DNA of 64,000 nt from an uncultured delta proteobacterium (GCA_963769935.1 CAVYNY010000011.1:448001-512000), one strand, 5' to 3'. Numbered from the stretch's first letter, positions 42,783 to 54,113 are shown. Notes: generated from the letters alone by a model not told the origin. Program-made: numbers and translations.

Positions 42783-44000
42783 TCAGACATCACGGATGAC
42801 CTTTGAGGGTTCAATTTTCGCTACCCGAAACGCGGCATAGCCCGAGGCGAGAATCGATAGGAAAATCGTCAATAGCAGGGCAATCATCAGGTGAGCCGGG
42901 GATAATTTGCAAACGTATTCCCCCTCTGCCAGGTACCGGGCAAACAGGCTGTTGATGGTGATCTGTGAAATCAGATACAGCAAGGCGGCCAAGGCGGTGC
43001 CCAGAACGGCCGTGGTGACGGACTGGACCACCGGATACCACATAATGCTGCGCGTTGAAAAGCCGATCAGGCGCGTTATTCCAAGGTGGCGGCTTTTGCG
43101 GTTCACATTGGCCAGAATGTTGCTGGCCATTGAGGCAAAATAGCCGCAGATGGCGACAACGGCGATCAACCGAAAGATTAGGCTGAAAGAGCGGTCCAGG
43201 CTTTGAATGACTTCAATTGCCTCCACCCGGGTATAGATCTCCAAATCCTGGCCGGTCAACCAGTCACGCAGCGGGGCAACGTCGTAGATGGAGCGGGCAT
43301 AGAGCCGAAAGCTCGGATATACCCGCGGCCGCTCCGGCCGTGATTGGCCCGGCCAGCCAAAGAGCGCGGAGCCGAAGCCGTCGCGGTAGTCTTCGGTGGC
43401 CTCCAGCAAAGCCAGCCTGACAAACGCTGCATCCCGCGGATACGCTTCAAGGGGCAAAACGGCGATGACCTTCAGGTCGAGGGCAACCTGTTCTTTGCGT
43501 CCCTGCACGGATCGGCCGACCCGGCCCTCGATTGCCTGTCCGGCTGCGACTTGCAGCTTGCGGGCCGTCGAGGCGGAGAGCACAACGGCATTATTCTCCT
43601 TGGGAACTTTGCCCCATTTTTCAATCAACGGATCGCCCGTGTCCGTCGGGATGAGATCGACCGCCAGGGTTCGCGGTTTGTCATCACTTTTGCGATACAG
43701 TATCATGTTGGCGGCAATCGATCGGGTCTGGGGTATAACGAAGGCGGTCCCCGGCCGTTGGGCCAGGCTTGCCAGCCACTGTTGATCGTAGTGGCCGCTG
43801 CCCACCGGCGAAATCTCAAGATTTCTGGGATCCTGGACCAGGCGATCCACCATGGTATTGATAATCCCGCTCTTGACGCCGAATAGTACCAGCAATGGTG
43901 CCAGGACCGCGGCCAATCCCAGAATCGTGCACACCGAAAGCAGCCGTTCATGGGAGTAGTCGCGCAGCGACAAACGAACGATGGTTTTTAGACCGTGCAT
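42783..44000 (-). CDS. FtsX-type ABC permease (TagS-like)
   Basis: AVLAPLLVLFGVK; MacB/LolE-like TM topology. Confidence 0.85.
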   Translation of the reverse strand: MHGLKTIVRLSLRDYSHERLLSVCTILGLAAVLAPLLVLFGVKSGIINTMVDRLVQDPRNLEISPVGSGHYDQQWLASLAQRPGTAFVIPQTRSIAANMILYRKSDDKPRTLAVDLIPTDTGDPLIEKWGKVPKENNAVVLSASTARKLQVAAGQAIEGRVGRSVQGRKEQVALDLKVIAVLPLEAYPRDAAFVRLALLEATEDYRDGFGSALFGWPGQSRPERPRVYPSFRLYARSIYDVAPLRDWLTGQDLEIYTRVEAIEVIQSLDRSFSLIFRLIAVVAICGYFASMASNILANVNRKSRHLGITRLIGFSTRSIMWYPVVQSVTTAVLGTALAALLYLISQITINSLFARYLAEGEYVCKLSPAHLMIALLLTIFLSILASGYAAFRVAKIEPSKVIRDV

Positions 44001-44117
44001 ATGATACCTATTGAATATTGAAAATTGAATATTGAATATTTTCGGAATTCTGTCTTATTTTTAAAATCGATCTGCCGAAGGCAGCCCACAAATATTCAAT
44101 ATTCAATATTCATTCAT

Positions 44118-44915
44118 CTAACCCGACACCCTGGCGCTCACCGCGCCTTTGGTTTTGTCCTTTTTAATATCGAATTTTACCTGACGGTATCCCAGTTCCT
44201 GCACGCGATCCCACTCATGCGTCGCCACAATCAGGGTGACGCCTTTTTCCTCGGCCAGACGCGTGAATAGGCCCATAATTTCTTCGGCATTAATCGGATC
44301 GAGGGAGGCGGTGGGTTCGTCGGCGATAACCACCGACGGTTCGTGGGCCATGGCTCTGGCGATCGACACTCTCTGTCTTTCCCCAACCGACAGCTGGGAT
44401 GGAAACTTTTCCAGGTGACGTTCAATCCCGAGCTTTTCGGCAACCGCTTTAACGGCGTCCTGCTCCGGCAGCCCCAGGCCGTTGCGGCTCAAGGCGATGT
44501 TGTCATGGACGGAAAGGAAGGGCAGCAATCCCCCGGTCTGAAGGACATAGCCGATATAGCGCATCCGGGCGCGGGCCAGACCGTCCAGATTTTTGCGCTG
44601 CCAGGTACCGGCCACATCCAGACATTGGTCTCCGGCTGTAAAAAATGAAAACTCGGCGGCCCCGTCCGGCCGCAGAATCATGGCCAGCAGATCCAGCAGG
44701 GTGCTCTTGCCGCACCCGCTAAATCCCACCAGCGCCACTTTTTCACCCTGGCGGATAGTCAGCTCCGGCACGGTTAACTCAAAACCATGTTCGCCGGACC
44801 AATTTTTGGTGACGTTGTGCAAATGAAAGACGACGCGTGCCTCATCTTTATCGCCGCCCGACGCTTTTTTTTCTTCGGCTTTTGCAGCCGGATTTTCTGG
44901 GGGACCTGACAACAA
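44118..44915 (-). CDS. ABC ATPase (TagT/LolD-like)
   Basis: GFSGCGKS, LSVGERQR, DEPTASLD. Confidence 0.9.
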   Translation of the reverse strand: MLSGPPENPAAKAEEKKASGGDKDEARVVFHLHNVTKNWSGEHGFELTVPELTIRQGEKVALVGFSGCGKSTLLDLLAMILRPDGAAEFSFFTAGDQCLDVAGTWQRKNLDGLARARMRYIGYVLQTGGLLPFLSVHDNIALSRNGLGLPEQDAVKAVAEKLGIERHLEKFPSQLSVGERQRVSIARAMAHEPSVVIADEPTASLDPINAEEIMGLFTRLAEEKGVTLIVATHEWDRVQELGYRQVKFDIKKDKTKGAVSARVSG

Positions 44916-45226
44916 CGACTCCTCTGGAAGCCTGTTTATTTGTCTTGTTTATAATGAATTGTGTAAGTTAACTAATGGTTGAGTCCATTCAATGAAAAAA
45001 TTACAAGCACCAAAAAACAAATCACAAATAATATTCAAATTCCAATTTCCTAAAAATCCCCCTGGCCCCCTTTAGGAAAGGGGGAAAATGTTTGGAATTT
45101 GATTCATTGGATTTTGAGATTTGTTTGTAATTTGGGATTTGTAATTTGGGATTTACAAATTAATTTCCAAAAAATAATAATTATTTTATTGATTCGAGTT
45201 TGTTAAATTACTCGCAAGTCAGCCCA

Positions 45227-47221
45227 CTATGGCATCATGCTCAGCGGCACCCGGTAGACGCTGTCTCCCGGCGCTGTGGCGCCGAAGCTGACCCAATTGG
45301 ATACATCGTCATTATACTGCTGATACCGCCTGATTTTGGACTTTATGTCGTCAACGAGCGCCTGCTGCTCGCCGACGCTCATCCGATACCAGTCTTCTTC
45401 CGTCAGGCGCATAATACTGCTGCGATAGGGAAGATCATCCAGAAATTCGCCCAGCAAACCCAGTTGTCCCAGATTCTGGTTCGGTTTCAGACTGAATTGA
45501 GTGGGGTCCCGTGAAATTTGAGCAGCCGCCGATAAGATGCCCTCAAAAAAGTCGCGCGCTCCGGTGCGTTTGGTCCGCTGGGCCTCGTCCAGGATGACCT
45601 TCAGGCGTTGATACAGATCGCTGAGTTGATTTTTGGTGAGCAGCACGGTTACCTTGAAAGCGGGCGTATCCGGCCGCACCAGATCCATATCCGAAACCCA
45701 GGACGTAACCACGTGGGGGGCCTTGACTTTTTCGCGCCGCCCCAGGTACTCGAGTTGCATGGCATAACCCAGAATGGCGGCCTTACGCTCGGCCTCGGCT
45801 ACTACGCCGCCGGAAGCGGCGGCCGGCTGTTCCGGCATCTGCAAGCGTTCGCCGGTGCTGGTGGCCTTGACCAGGTGCACCATCTGGGCCGCTACGCCCT
45901 CAACCACCCGGCCGAAAGTCTGCACACCGGCCTGGGTATCGCTCGCATCGATGGGTATGTACAGATCACCGAGGGCGGAGTCGGATTGTCCGGTCAGGGC
46001 CCGGTATTTGGCCTCGGCATAGGCAATGTTGTGAACCCGCTTGGCCAGGGGCGTTCTGAGATGGAGCACAAAGGTTCTGACACCCTTGGCCGCGGCCATA
46101 TCGGCAATCTCAGGTTCGTTCATCCCGGTCGTGGAATAGGGATCATCGTTGCGGATGGGGCCGGCATCGGTAATGAGGAGCATGACGCGCGACTGGTAAG
46201 GGCCCCAATTCATTTGATCGAGAGCCGTTTTAAGACCGGCAAAAGCATCTTCGTTGAACGAATGCGAGGAAACCTTGGCCTCCTCGGCGCCTGCCAGGGC
46301 ATTTTCGAACTCAACGCGCTGATGGCCATCCCGCAAATCGGACAGGACCTTGCTCACATAGCCGAGCGCCGGCGTCTTTTCAATGCTGCTGCGAAAAGCC
46401 ACCAGGCCAAACGCCACTTTATCAGCCAGTCCCGCCGCATCTATGGCATCGAAAATTTTTCGCACCGCCTCCCGCGTGCGGTCGATATAGGGCTTCATGG
46501 AGATTGTGGTATCGATAACGAAGACAATGCTGGTTCGCAAATCCGAATCTTCCGGCAGTTGCCAGTCGCCCGGATCAATGGAGGCAACCTCAAGAAATTT
46601 AACGCCTTCAAAAAGCTCCACCGTCTGGAAAATCGGCACAAGGTAGAATCGTTTGCGCGAAACCGCCTGCTCCGGAGGTTCAATCGCCCGCAGTGGAAAG
46701 TCGGCCGGCGGGGAGATGCCCGCCTGCTTAATAGATTTGAATTGGGACACCAGCCCGACGGCTTCCTTGCTGGGGGACGCCGATCCGGCAACCTGATCAA
46801 GGGATTCCAGATCCTTGAAAAACAGAACCGGCTGGCGGCCCTCACGCTCGGTGAAAACCAGGGTCAAGGCCTGGCGCCAATCGGAAATTTTGTCTTCCTT
46901 AACCCAGCCGCTGATCTCACAGCTGCTCGAAGGGCCCACCTTCAGCCACTCGATATCATCCGCCGAGGTGCGGTCATAAACATAAAAGACGGTGAAGGGC
47001 TCGATCCGCGCTTCCGCGATCGGCGCCGATTTGCCGGCCGAAGTGTAGAGAATTGCCCCGGGATGCGTAATCACCTGTTGATACAGGGAGCGTTTGCCGG
47101 GAATGAGCAGCGGCCTGCACTGCTGCGCCGACGCTGCCTCAACCCCGACCAGCGTCAGGCAGATCAACGCAATCATTCCCATACGAATTGCTTTAACAAG
47201 GAATAATTTGTGAGTCGGCAT
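45227..47221 (-). CDS. Exported vWA-domain protein resembling the PpkA C-terminal region
   Basis: Signal peptide; MIDAS motif DTTIS; LITDAG; VLLTKNQLSDL. Confidence 0.8.
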   Translation of the reverse strand: MPTHKLFLVKAIRMGMIALICLTLVGVEAASAQQCRPLLIPGKRSLYQQVITHPGAILYTSAGKSAPIAEARIEPFTVFYVYDRTSADDIEWLKVGPSSSCEISGWVKEDKISDWRQALTLVFTEREGRQPVLFFKDLESLDQVAGSASPSKEAVGLVSQFKSIKQAGISPPADFPLRAIEPPEQAVSRKRFYLVPIFQTVELFEGVKFLEVASIDPGDWQLPEDSDLRTSIVFVIDTTISMKPYIDRTREAVRKIFDAIDAAGLADKVAFGLVAFRSSIEKTPALGYVSKVLSDLRDGHQRVEFENALAGAEEAKVSSHSFNEDAFAGLKTALDQMNWGPYQSRVMLLITDAGPIRNDDPYSTTGMNEPEIADMAAAKGVRTFVLHLRTPLAKRVHNIAYAEAKYRALTGQSDSALGDLYIPIDASDTQAGVQTFGRVVEGVAAQMVHLVKATSTGERLQMPEQPAAASGGVVAEAERKAAILGYAMQLEYLGRREKVKAPHVVTSWVSDMDLVRPDTPAFKVTVLLTKNQLSDLYQRLKVILDEAQRTKRTGARDFFEGILSAAAQISRDPTQFSLKPNQNLGQLGLLGEFLDDLPYRSSIMRLTEEDWYRMSVGEQQALVDDIKSKIRRYQQYNDDVSNWVSFGATAPGDSVYRVPLSMMP

Positions 47222-47246
47222 GGACTATCCTTTCGGCGTTAATGGT

Positions 47247-47843
47247 TCAACGCCAGTTTTTTAATAATTCGCGCGCTTCGTGGTCGCCCCCATCTGCTTG
47301 GGCCGCCACCCAGGAACGAAGCTGAGCCAGATTGTTCTTGGCTTTTTCCTGCCCACCTGCCAAGGCTTCCCGATACCAGTTATAGGCGGTTTCAGGGTTT
47401 TTGCGGATGGTGCCGCTGGGCTCTTTAGCGGTCGGATCATAATAGCGCGCCACAGCCAGGGCCGCCTCGGCGTTGCCGCTGTCCGCCGCATACTCCAATA
47501 ACAGAAATGCCGCATCTGCCCGTTCGGGACTGTCCGGCAGGGATCCGGCCAGAGCCAGTGCTTCTGCGGGGCTTATCCCGTCTCTCAAGGCTTTGCGTGC
47601 CTGTTCCAGCAGCGGCGCCTCAGGGGTATAAGACGGCGGCGGCGGGGGCGGGATGGCTTCTTTTTTAGGCGGTAGATTGGCCATGCGGGGAAGCTCGGAT
47701 TTCTGCGTCTCCTTTGGCCCGGGTTTCTCAACCTGGAAGGACTTCCAGACCAGATAGCCGGCGACGACCAGAACCACTAGTCCGATGATACCACCAATAA
47801 CCAAGATCCACAAACGTTCCCTGGATTTAATATTGAATTCCAC
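47247..47843 (-). CDS. Membrane-anchored Sel1-like repeat protein
   Basis: N-terminal TM, Pro-rich linker, AADSGNAEA..AYNWYREA. Confidence 0.75.
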   Translation of the reverse strand: MEFNIKSRERLWILVIGGIIGLVVLVVAGYLVWKSFQVEKPGPKETQKSELPRMANLPPKKEAIPPPPPPSYTPEAPLLEQARKALRDGISPAEALALAGSLPDSPERADAAFLLLEYAADSGNAEAALAVARYYDPTAKEPSGTIRKNPETAYNWYREALAGGQEKAKNNLAQLRSWVAAQADGGDHEARELLKNWR

Positions 47844-48274
47844 CGTTTTTCCTTTGTCAATCTAAAATCCGGCCGACATTCGTTGCTTCGTCCGGCAGAG
47901 GCGTATAATTAGAAATCCTTAATCCTTGTGCTGCGAGGGAGCAATTCTTGTCAAGTTATTCAAAATACGGACGTACGCCTGTTAGCCGGCAAAATAAAGC
48001 TGAGGAGCTGTTTCCGGTTAGATTATTTTTATAGGTAAACTATATGATAGAATAGACTTGCGGAAATTTCAAACCCTAAATCTTGGCAATACGTTATCCC
48101 AACATTCCCCCCAGTCTGGAACGCAGCGGGCCTATTTATCTTACAATCCAACAGTATAGAAAATTAAAGTGAGTGTCAAATAATTAATCCGCCGGGCCTT
48201 CTGACCAGCTACTCGCTTTGGTTGTCAAGGAACAATTCACAACCTTGGCAGAGTTATTTGTCAGGGCGGATTAA

Positions 48275-49570
48275 TTATAGTCTCACCTTCAGGGAGTTCA
48301 CATGGGCATTCAGGCCTTCAACTTCCGCCAGACGCATCACATCGGCGGCCTCCTGCTTTAGAGCACTCTGCGCATAGTGAATAATACTGGTCTTTTTGGT
48401 GAAGTGGTCCACCGACAGGGCCGACGCGAACCGGGCCGTGCCGGCGGTGGGAAGCACGTGATTGGGCCCGGCCGCATAATCTCCGATGGGCTCCGGGGTG
48501 TAATGCCCCAGAAAAACTGCGCCGGCATGACGAATTTTTCCGACATATTCAAACGGGTCATTGATTTGAAGCTCAAGATGCTCGGGTGCGATTCGATTAG
48601 CCAGATTTACGGCCGCCTCAAGATCCTGCACCACGAATATGGCACCAAAACCGGACAGAGAAGCGGCGGCTATTTCCTGGCGGGGCAATGCCGCCAGCTG
48701 TTTAACCAGTTCAGCGGTCACGGCGGCGGCGATCCCGGCTGAATCGGTCACCAGTATGGCGGAACTCAGGGCATCATGCTCGGCCTGGGCCAGCAGATCG
48801 GCGGCGGCGAAGGACGGGTTGGCGGAATCATCGGCGATCACAAGGACTTCGCTGGGTCCGGCGATCATATCGATACCGACGGTTCCGGAGACGATCTTTT
48901 TCGCCAGGGTAACATAAATATTGCCGGGACCGGCGATAACATCAACTCTGGGGATAGTGGCGGTACCGTATGCCAGGGCGGCGATCGCCCAGGCGCTGCC
49001 GATTTTAAAAATCTGTTTTATTCCCACTTTGCCGGCCGCTGCCAGAAGATGGGGATTGATGCCGCCGTCTCTGGTCGACGGGGTCACCATCACGATGTTC
49101 TTGACGCCGGCGATTTTAGCCGGAATAGCCGTCATCAGAACGGTGGACACCAGCGGCGTCTCACCGCCCCTGGCACCGGGCACATAGATACCGGCGGCAT
49201 CAACGGGGTTGACCATCTGCCCCAGCAGAACGCCCGGCCGCCGGGTGTCGATCCAGGATTGACGAACCTGCTGCCGGTGAAAGGCCTCTATCTGGGCAGC
49301 GGCTCGATTCATAGCCCGGACGAATGCACGATCGACTTTCTTTGAAGCAGCCCCCATTTCCTGGACGCCGACCTTCAGCGAGTCGAGGCTCAGATCGGGC
49401 GCATCAAAACGCCGGGCGTATTTAAGGACGGCGGCGTCGCCGTTGCGGCGGACATCCTCCAGGATGCGTGAGACCGTCTGATAATCCTTTTTTCTAAAAA
49501 AAAGGCCGCGGTTGATAATGGCAGATACTTTACGCTCGGCCTTTTCTGAAGGGTATTGATAGGTTTTCAT
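48275..49570 (-). CDS. hisD: Histidinol dehydrogenase
   Basis: GPGNIYV, IDMIAGPSE, QAEHD, APEHL, GPNHVLPT. Confidence 0.97.
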   Translation of the reverse strand: MKTYQYPSEKAERKVSAIINRGLFFRKKDYQTVSRILEDVRRNGDAAVLKYARRFDAPDLSLDSLKVGVQEMGAASKKVDRAFVRAMNRAAAQIEAFHRQQVRQSWIDTRRPGVLLGQMVNPVDAAGIYVPGARGGETPLVSTVLMTAIPAKIAGVKNIVMVTPSTRDGGINPHLLAAAGKVGIKQIFKIGSAWAIAALAYGTATIPRVDVIAGPGNIYVTLAKKIVSGTVGIDMIAGPSEVLVIADDSANPSFAAADLLAQAEHDALSSAILVTDSAGIAAAVTAELVKQLAALPRQEIAAASLSGFGAIFVVQDLEAAVNLANRIAPEHLELQINDPFEYVGKIRHAGAVFLGHYTPEPIGDYAAGPNHVLPTAGTARFASALSVDHFTKKTSIIHYAQSALKQEAADVMRLAEVEGLNAHVNSLKVRL

Positions 49571-50087
49571 AGCATTCGATTCAGCGTATCATGACAGTTA
49601 TTAGGTCAGTTCTCAGGGTTGCCGCAAATCAAAATCACAAATAACAAATCCCTGGCCCAGACCGATTCAACGCCTTAATTATTAATTGCATCTACGCCCA
49701 AGCCGGAAACGGATAAAAGTTTAAGCCGAGCAAGTTGCACCCAGGCGGGCCCAAATAAATTACAATGACCAAAATACAAAATTCCAAACGGAACTCAATC
49801 TGTTTTAATCATCGCTTAAATTAAACGCATTCATTTATCACGAAAGCAGAAAAGTTCTAAACTAGTTGTGCCATTCTTTAAAGTGAAACGGAACCCGTTG
49901 TCAACAGGTTAAACGAAAGTGGAATAAACACTATCTCAAAATTCAATTTGACATCCTGGAACGGATCTGTACTAGTAAACGTCCGATCCCGAAGGCATCG
50001 CTGCCGGATCACCTCGGAAGGATGCGGCTGCCCGGTCGGGACAGGTGAAATCCATTTCAATGAACCCATTCGGAGCGGAGGGAAAAT

Positions 50088-51176
50088 ATGAGCGCCAAAA
50101 GAATCCACAACTTTAATCCGGGACCGGCCGCCCTGCCCCTTGTCGTGTTGGAAGAGATCCAGGAAAATTTTCTGGATTTCAGCGGATCCGGCATGTCCAT
50201 TACCGAAATCAGCCACAGATCCAAACAATTCGAGGACATCCTCAACGATGCCGTTGCCCGAACCAGACGCCTGTTGAACCTGGACAACGATTTTCAGGTG
50301 CTTTTCCTGCAGGGCGGCGCCAGCATGCAGTTTGCCATGATTCCCATGAATTTCCTTACCCCCAATAACGCCGCCGACTATGTCGACACCGGCACCTGGT
50401 CCGCCAAAGCTATCAAAGAGGCTGAAATCCAGGGCAAATCGGTCAACGTGGTCGCATCCTCTGCGGATCGGAATTATGCCTGCATCCCCCGGAATATAGC
50501 CTTTAACAAAGATGCCGCGTACGTTCATATCACATCCAACAACACCATCAAAGGCACCCAGTGGGCTCATTTTCCGGATACACGCGACGTGCCGATTATT
50601 TGCGACATGTCGTCGGACATCATGAGCCGACCGCTGGATGCGCAAAAGTTCGGGATGATTTATGCCGGCGCGCAAAAGAATGCCGGGCCGGCCGGCGTCT
50701 GTCTGGTAATTATCCGCAAGGATATGCTGGCGTTGGTACCGGATAATTTGCCGACCATGTTGAAGTATACGACCTACGCCGCGAAAAACTCCCTGTACAA
50801 CACACCGCCGTGTTTTGCTGTTTACACCGTTGACCTGGTTTTGAAATGGTTGGAAGAAACCATCGGCGGCCTTGACAAAATGGCGGTGCTGAACGGCCAA
50901 AAAGCCGCACTGCTCTATGATTATCTGGACGCCGGCGGTTTTTACCGCGCCACGGCGGAACCGGACAGCCGGTCCCTGATGAACGTCACCTTCCGTCTAC
51001 CGAATGAAGTTCTGGAAAAACAGTTCGTTCAACAGGCCCAGGAAAATTCTCTGGGCGGTCTCAAAGGCCACCGGTCGGTGGGCGGCTGCCGGGCTTCGCT
51101 TTACAATGCCGTGACGGTTGAATCCGTTGCAGCGCTGGTGGATTTCATGAAAGCTTTTGAAAAGGAAAACGGTTAG
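50088..51176 (+). CDS. serC: Phosphoserine aminotransferase
   Basis: NFNPGP, SHRS, DMSS, AQKN, GHRSVGG. Confidence 0.97.
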   Translation: MSAKRIHNFNPGPAALPLVVLEEIQENFLDFSGSGMSITEISHRSKQFEDILNDAVARTRRLLNLDNDFQVLFLQGGASMQFAMIPMNFLTPNNAADYVDTGTWSAKAIKEAEIQGKSVNVVASSADRNYACIPRNIAFNKDAAYVHITSNNTIKGTQWAHFPDTRDVPIICDMSSDIMSRPLDAQKFGMIYAGAQKNAGPAGVCLVIIRKDMLALVPDNLPTMLKYTTYAAKNSLYNTPPCFAVYTVDLVLKWLEETIGGLDKMAVLNGQKAALLYDYLDAGGFYRATAEPDSRSLMNVTFRLPNEVLEKQFVQQAQENSLGGLKGHRSVGGCRASLYNAVTVESVAALVDFMKAFEKENG

Positions 51177-51525
51177 CCGGTTTGCCCGTCGGCCGGTTGG
51201 CCGGTTAGCCGGTCGGCTGGTTACCGTTGGCTCGTCGGCCCGTTGATCCGTTGGCCGGTCGGCCCCTTTGCCTCTTTTCCCCTTTACCCCTTTGCCGGTT
51301 AGCCTATTGGCCCGTTGGCTCGATATTGCAACGGGTTAACGGGTAGGCGAGACAACCGGCCAACCGATTTTTCTGTCATTTTGGGTTTTACTTGACATTA
51401 CGAGTAAACACGAATAATGACAGTTGTTGAAAGATTTTGAAAAAAGGCCTATTATACAAATCAAACAAGCTTCACCGGTAATTTATTGAAGGCATTAACA
51501 ACCCTCATGCCAAAAGGAGGTAGTT

Positions 51526-53268
51526 ATGGACAAAATTTTAAGGATTAACATGGGTGCCGACGGCGGCCCGGTCGCCAGGACTGAACCCCTGGGGGACTAT
51601 GCCGGTTTGGGCGGCCGCGCGATGACGTCGACGATTGTCGCCAAGGAAGTTCCCCCGCTGTGTCATCCGCTCGGTGAAGACAACAAACTGGTCATCTCCC
51701 CGGGCATACTCAGCGGGTCGGCAGCCGCCATGTCGGGCAGAATATCGGTTGGCTGCAAAAGCCCTCTCACGGGTGGTATCAAAGAAGCCAATGCCGGCGG
51801 CCAACCCTCACAAATGCTCGCCCGCCTGGGCTATGCCGCCATCGTCTTGGAAGGCAAACCCAAGGGCAACAAACTCTACAAAATATTCGTCAACAAAGAC
51901 GGCGTGGACATCAAGGAAGCCAACAGTTTGTGCATGCTGGGCAACTATGACGTGGTAGACAAAATGAAAGCCGAATACGGTGATAAAATCAGCTGCATCT
52001 CCATCGGTCAGGTCGGGGAGATGAAACTGGCCAGTGCTTCGATTGCCTTTTCGGACATGGAACTACGGCCGACCCGTCATGCGGGCCGCGGCGGCGTAGG
52101 CGCTGTGATGGGTGCCAAAGGGGTCAAGGTTATTGTAGTGGACGATACCGGCTGCACCATGCGTCAACCGGCCGATCCGGAAAAATTCAAAGAAGCCAAT
52201 AAGGAATTTGTGGCCGGTCTGCGCAAACATCCGGTAACCGGAGAAGGGTTGCCGACATACGGTACGAATGTATTGACGAACGTCCTCAACCAGGCCGGTG
52301 CCTATCCGACGAAAAACTTTATGTGGGGCAATTTTGATGGTTGCGAAAAAATCAGCGGTGAAACCCAGGCGGAGACCGAAAACGCCCGTGGTGGAGAAGG
52401 ATCGGCCACCCATGGCTGCCACCGGGGATGTGTCATTCGGTGTTCCGGAACCTATTATGATAAAGACGGCCACTATTTAACCAAACAGCCGGAGTACGAA
52501 ACGGTTTGGGCCCACGGCGGCAACTGCGGTATCAGCGACCTGGATGCGATCGCTCAAATTGACAGGCTGGACGATGATTTCGGGGTGGACACTATCGAAC
52601 TGGGCGCCACCATTGCCGTTGCCATGGAAGCCGGCGTGGCTAAATTTGGCGATGCCGAAGCCGCCATCAAACTGGTCAAAGAGGTCGGCGCCGGAACCCC
52701 GCTGGGGAAAATTCTCGGCAGCGGCGCCGCCGTCACCGGTAAAGTTTTCGGCATCGAACGGATTCCGGTGGTTAAAGGCCAGGCCATGCCGGCCTACGAT
52801 CCGCGGGGGGTGCAGGGCCAGGGTGTGACTTACGCCACTACCACTATGGGAGCAGATCATACTGCGGGGTATGCCGTCACCGCAAACATATTGGGCGTCG
52901 GCGGCAATGTCGACCCGCTAAAGCCTGAAGGCCAGATTGAATTGTCGCGCAACCTCCAGGTGGCAACGGCCGCCATCGACTCAACCGGCATGTGCCTATT
53001 TATTGCGTTCGCGATATTGGACCAACCGGAGACATTTCAGGCCTTGCTGGATCTGCTTGGCTCATTTACCGGACAGCCGATGACAGCCGACGATGTCACC
53101 GCCTTCGGCAGGCAGATACTCAAACGCGAACGGGAATTCAATTTCAACGCCGGCTTTACCAAAGCCGACGATCGTTTGCCGGAGTACTTTAAAAAAGAAA
53201 AACTCCCGCCGCATAATGTAACGTTCGCGGTGACGGACGCCGAACTGGATGAAGTATTTAACTTTTAA
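51526..53268 (+). CDS. aor: Aldehyde:ferredoxin oxidoreductase
   Basis: KSPLTGGIKE, GRGGVGAVMG, CHRGCVIRC, EYET, YDPR. Confidence 0.93.
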   Translation: MDKILRINMGADGGPVARTEPLGDYAGLGGRAMTSTIVAKEVPPLCHPLGEDNKLVISPGILSGSAAAMSGRISVGCKSPLTGGIKEANAGGQPSQMLARLGYAAIVLEGKPKGNKLYKIFVNKDGVDIKEANSLCMLGNYDVVDKMKAEYGDKISCISIGQVGEMKLASASIAFSDMELRPTRHAGRGGVGAVMGAKGVKVIVVDDTGCTMRQPADPEKFKEANKEFVAGLRKHPVTGEGLPTYGTNVLTNVLNQAGAYPTKNFMWGNFDGCEKISGETQAETENARGGEGSATHGCHRGCVIRCSGTYYDKDGHYLTKQPEYETVWAHGGNCGISDLDAIAQIDRLDDDFGVDTIELGATIAVAMEAGVAKFGDAEAAIKLVKEVGAGTPLGKILGSGAAVTGKVFGIERIPVVKGQAMPAYDPRGVQGQGVTYATTTMGADHTAGYAVTANILGVGGNVDPLKPEGQIELSRNLQVATAAIDSTGMCLFIAFAILDQPETFQALLDLLGSFTGQPMTADDVTAFGRQILKREREFNFNAGFTKADDRLPEYFKKEKLPPHNVTFAVTDAELDEVFNF

Positions 53269-53293
53269 GACGCCGGTTTTGGATGAAACGAAA

Positions 53294-53328
53294 TGGGGGA
53301 GGCTGGTTGTCGGCCTCCCCTCTTTATT
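53294..53328 (+). terminator. Intrinsic terminator after aor
   Basis: GGGGAGGC..GCCTCCCC stem followed by TCTTTATT. Confidence 0.7.
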
Positions 53329-53504
53329 CCAACATCGAAAACCTGATCCTCTGGGCTAGGCCAGAGAAGATTGGCTTAGCCGCAAATGATTACTAGGGAG
53401 TACTGGAATAATGGAGTATTGGAGTGATGGTTAAAAAGTCACCCATCGCCCAGCCAATACTTCAGCACTCCGTTGCTCCGATACTCCAAAACAGGGAAGA
53501 GATC

Positions 53505-54113
53505 ATGAACACTGCCATCGACGCGACTGCTGATCAGAGCAACGGTACGCATTGCCTGCATTTAGCGATCAAGGTTTCCGAATCTTTTATACCCTCTTTT
53601 TTTGGACTTCTTCGAAGCGGATTTACCATCCAGGTCATGGTGGGCTGCAACCTGCAGGACATGTTAAGCCGTCAACTGGGTATCGATGAAAACTACCTGC
53701 AGAATCGGGTTCAGACGATTTTTTTAAACAACAGTCCGGTTGACGATACCGTTGCAGCGATCATCGCGGATGGGGCCACCATATCGCTGTCTGCCGCCAT
53801 GCCGGGACTAAATGGGGCCGTGATGCGCCGGGGCGGTTTACTGGCTTCCCTGCGCCACTCCATTTCTCACCACCCAGACAATGTCTGCATCGAGCCGCGG
53901 CGAGGAAAAATTAAACTAAAGCTGTTTAATTTAATCGCCAAAGAAGTTGGACCTGATTTTTTAGCCAGAGGCATCGTTGTAGAAGGAGAGGCGCTGGCTG
54001 GTGTTTTCGCATTACAGACTCCGCGATTCTGGCAGAGTGTAAAATATGTTGAAATCGACAGCGCGCGCCAGGCAGCCGAGCAGCTGCGACGCCTTCGATT
54101 TGTCGACTCATAA
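53505..54113 (+). CDS. Conserved hypothetical protein with a ubiquitin-like stretch
   Basis: VQTIFLNNSPVDD..LSAAMPG; start ATG 53505 after the repeat tract. Confidence 0.65.
   Translation: MNTAIDATADQSNGTHCLHLAIKVSESFIPSFFGLLRSGFTIQVMVGCNLQDMLSRQLGIDENYLQNRVQTIFLNNSPVDDTVAAIIADGATISLSAAMPGLNGAVMRRGGLLASLRHSISHHPDNVCIEPRRGKIKLKLFNLIAKEVGPDFLARGIVVEGEALAGVFALQTPRFWQSVKYVEIDSARQAAEQLRRLRFVDS

Noticed and set aside
45608..47206. 532-aa plus-strand ORF
   Set aside because: Antisense shadow of the vWA gene with no recognisable motifs
49860..49873. Sigma54 promoter for hisD (TGGCAC)
   Set aside because: No GC at the -12 position
49980..50070. Riboswitch upstream of serC
   Set aside because: GC-rich and possibly structured, but I recognise no known aptamer consensus; needs an Rfam scan
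49878..50900. 340-aa minus-strand ORF
   Set aside because: Antisense shadow of serC
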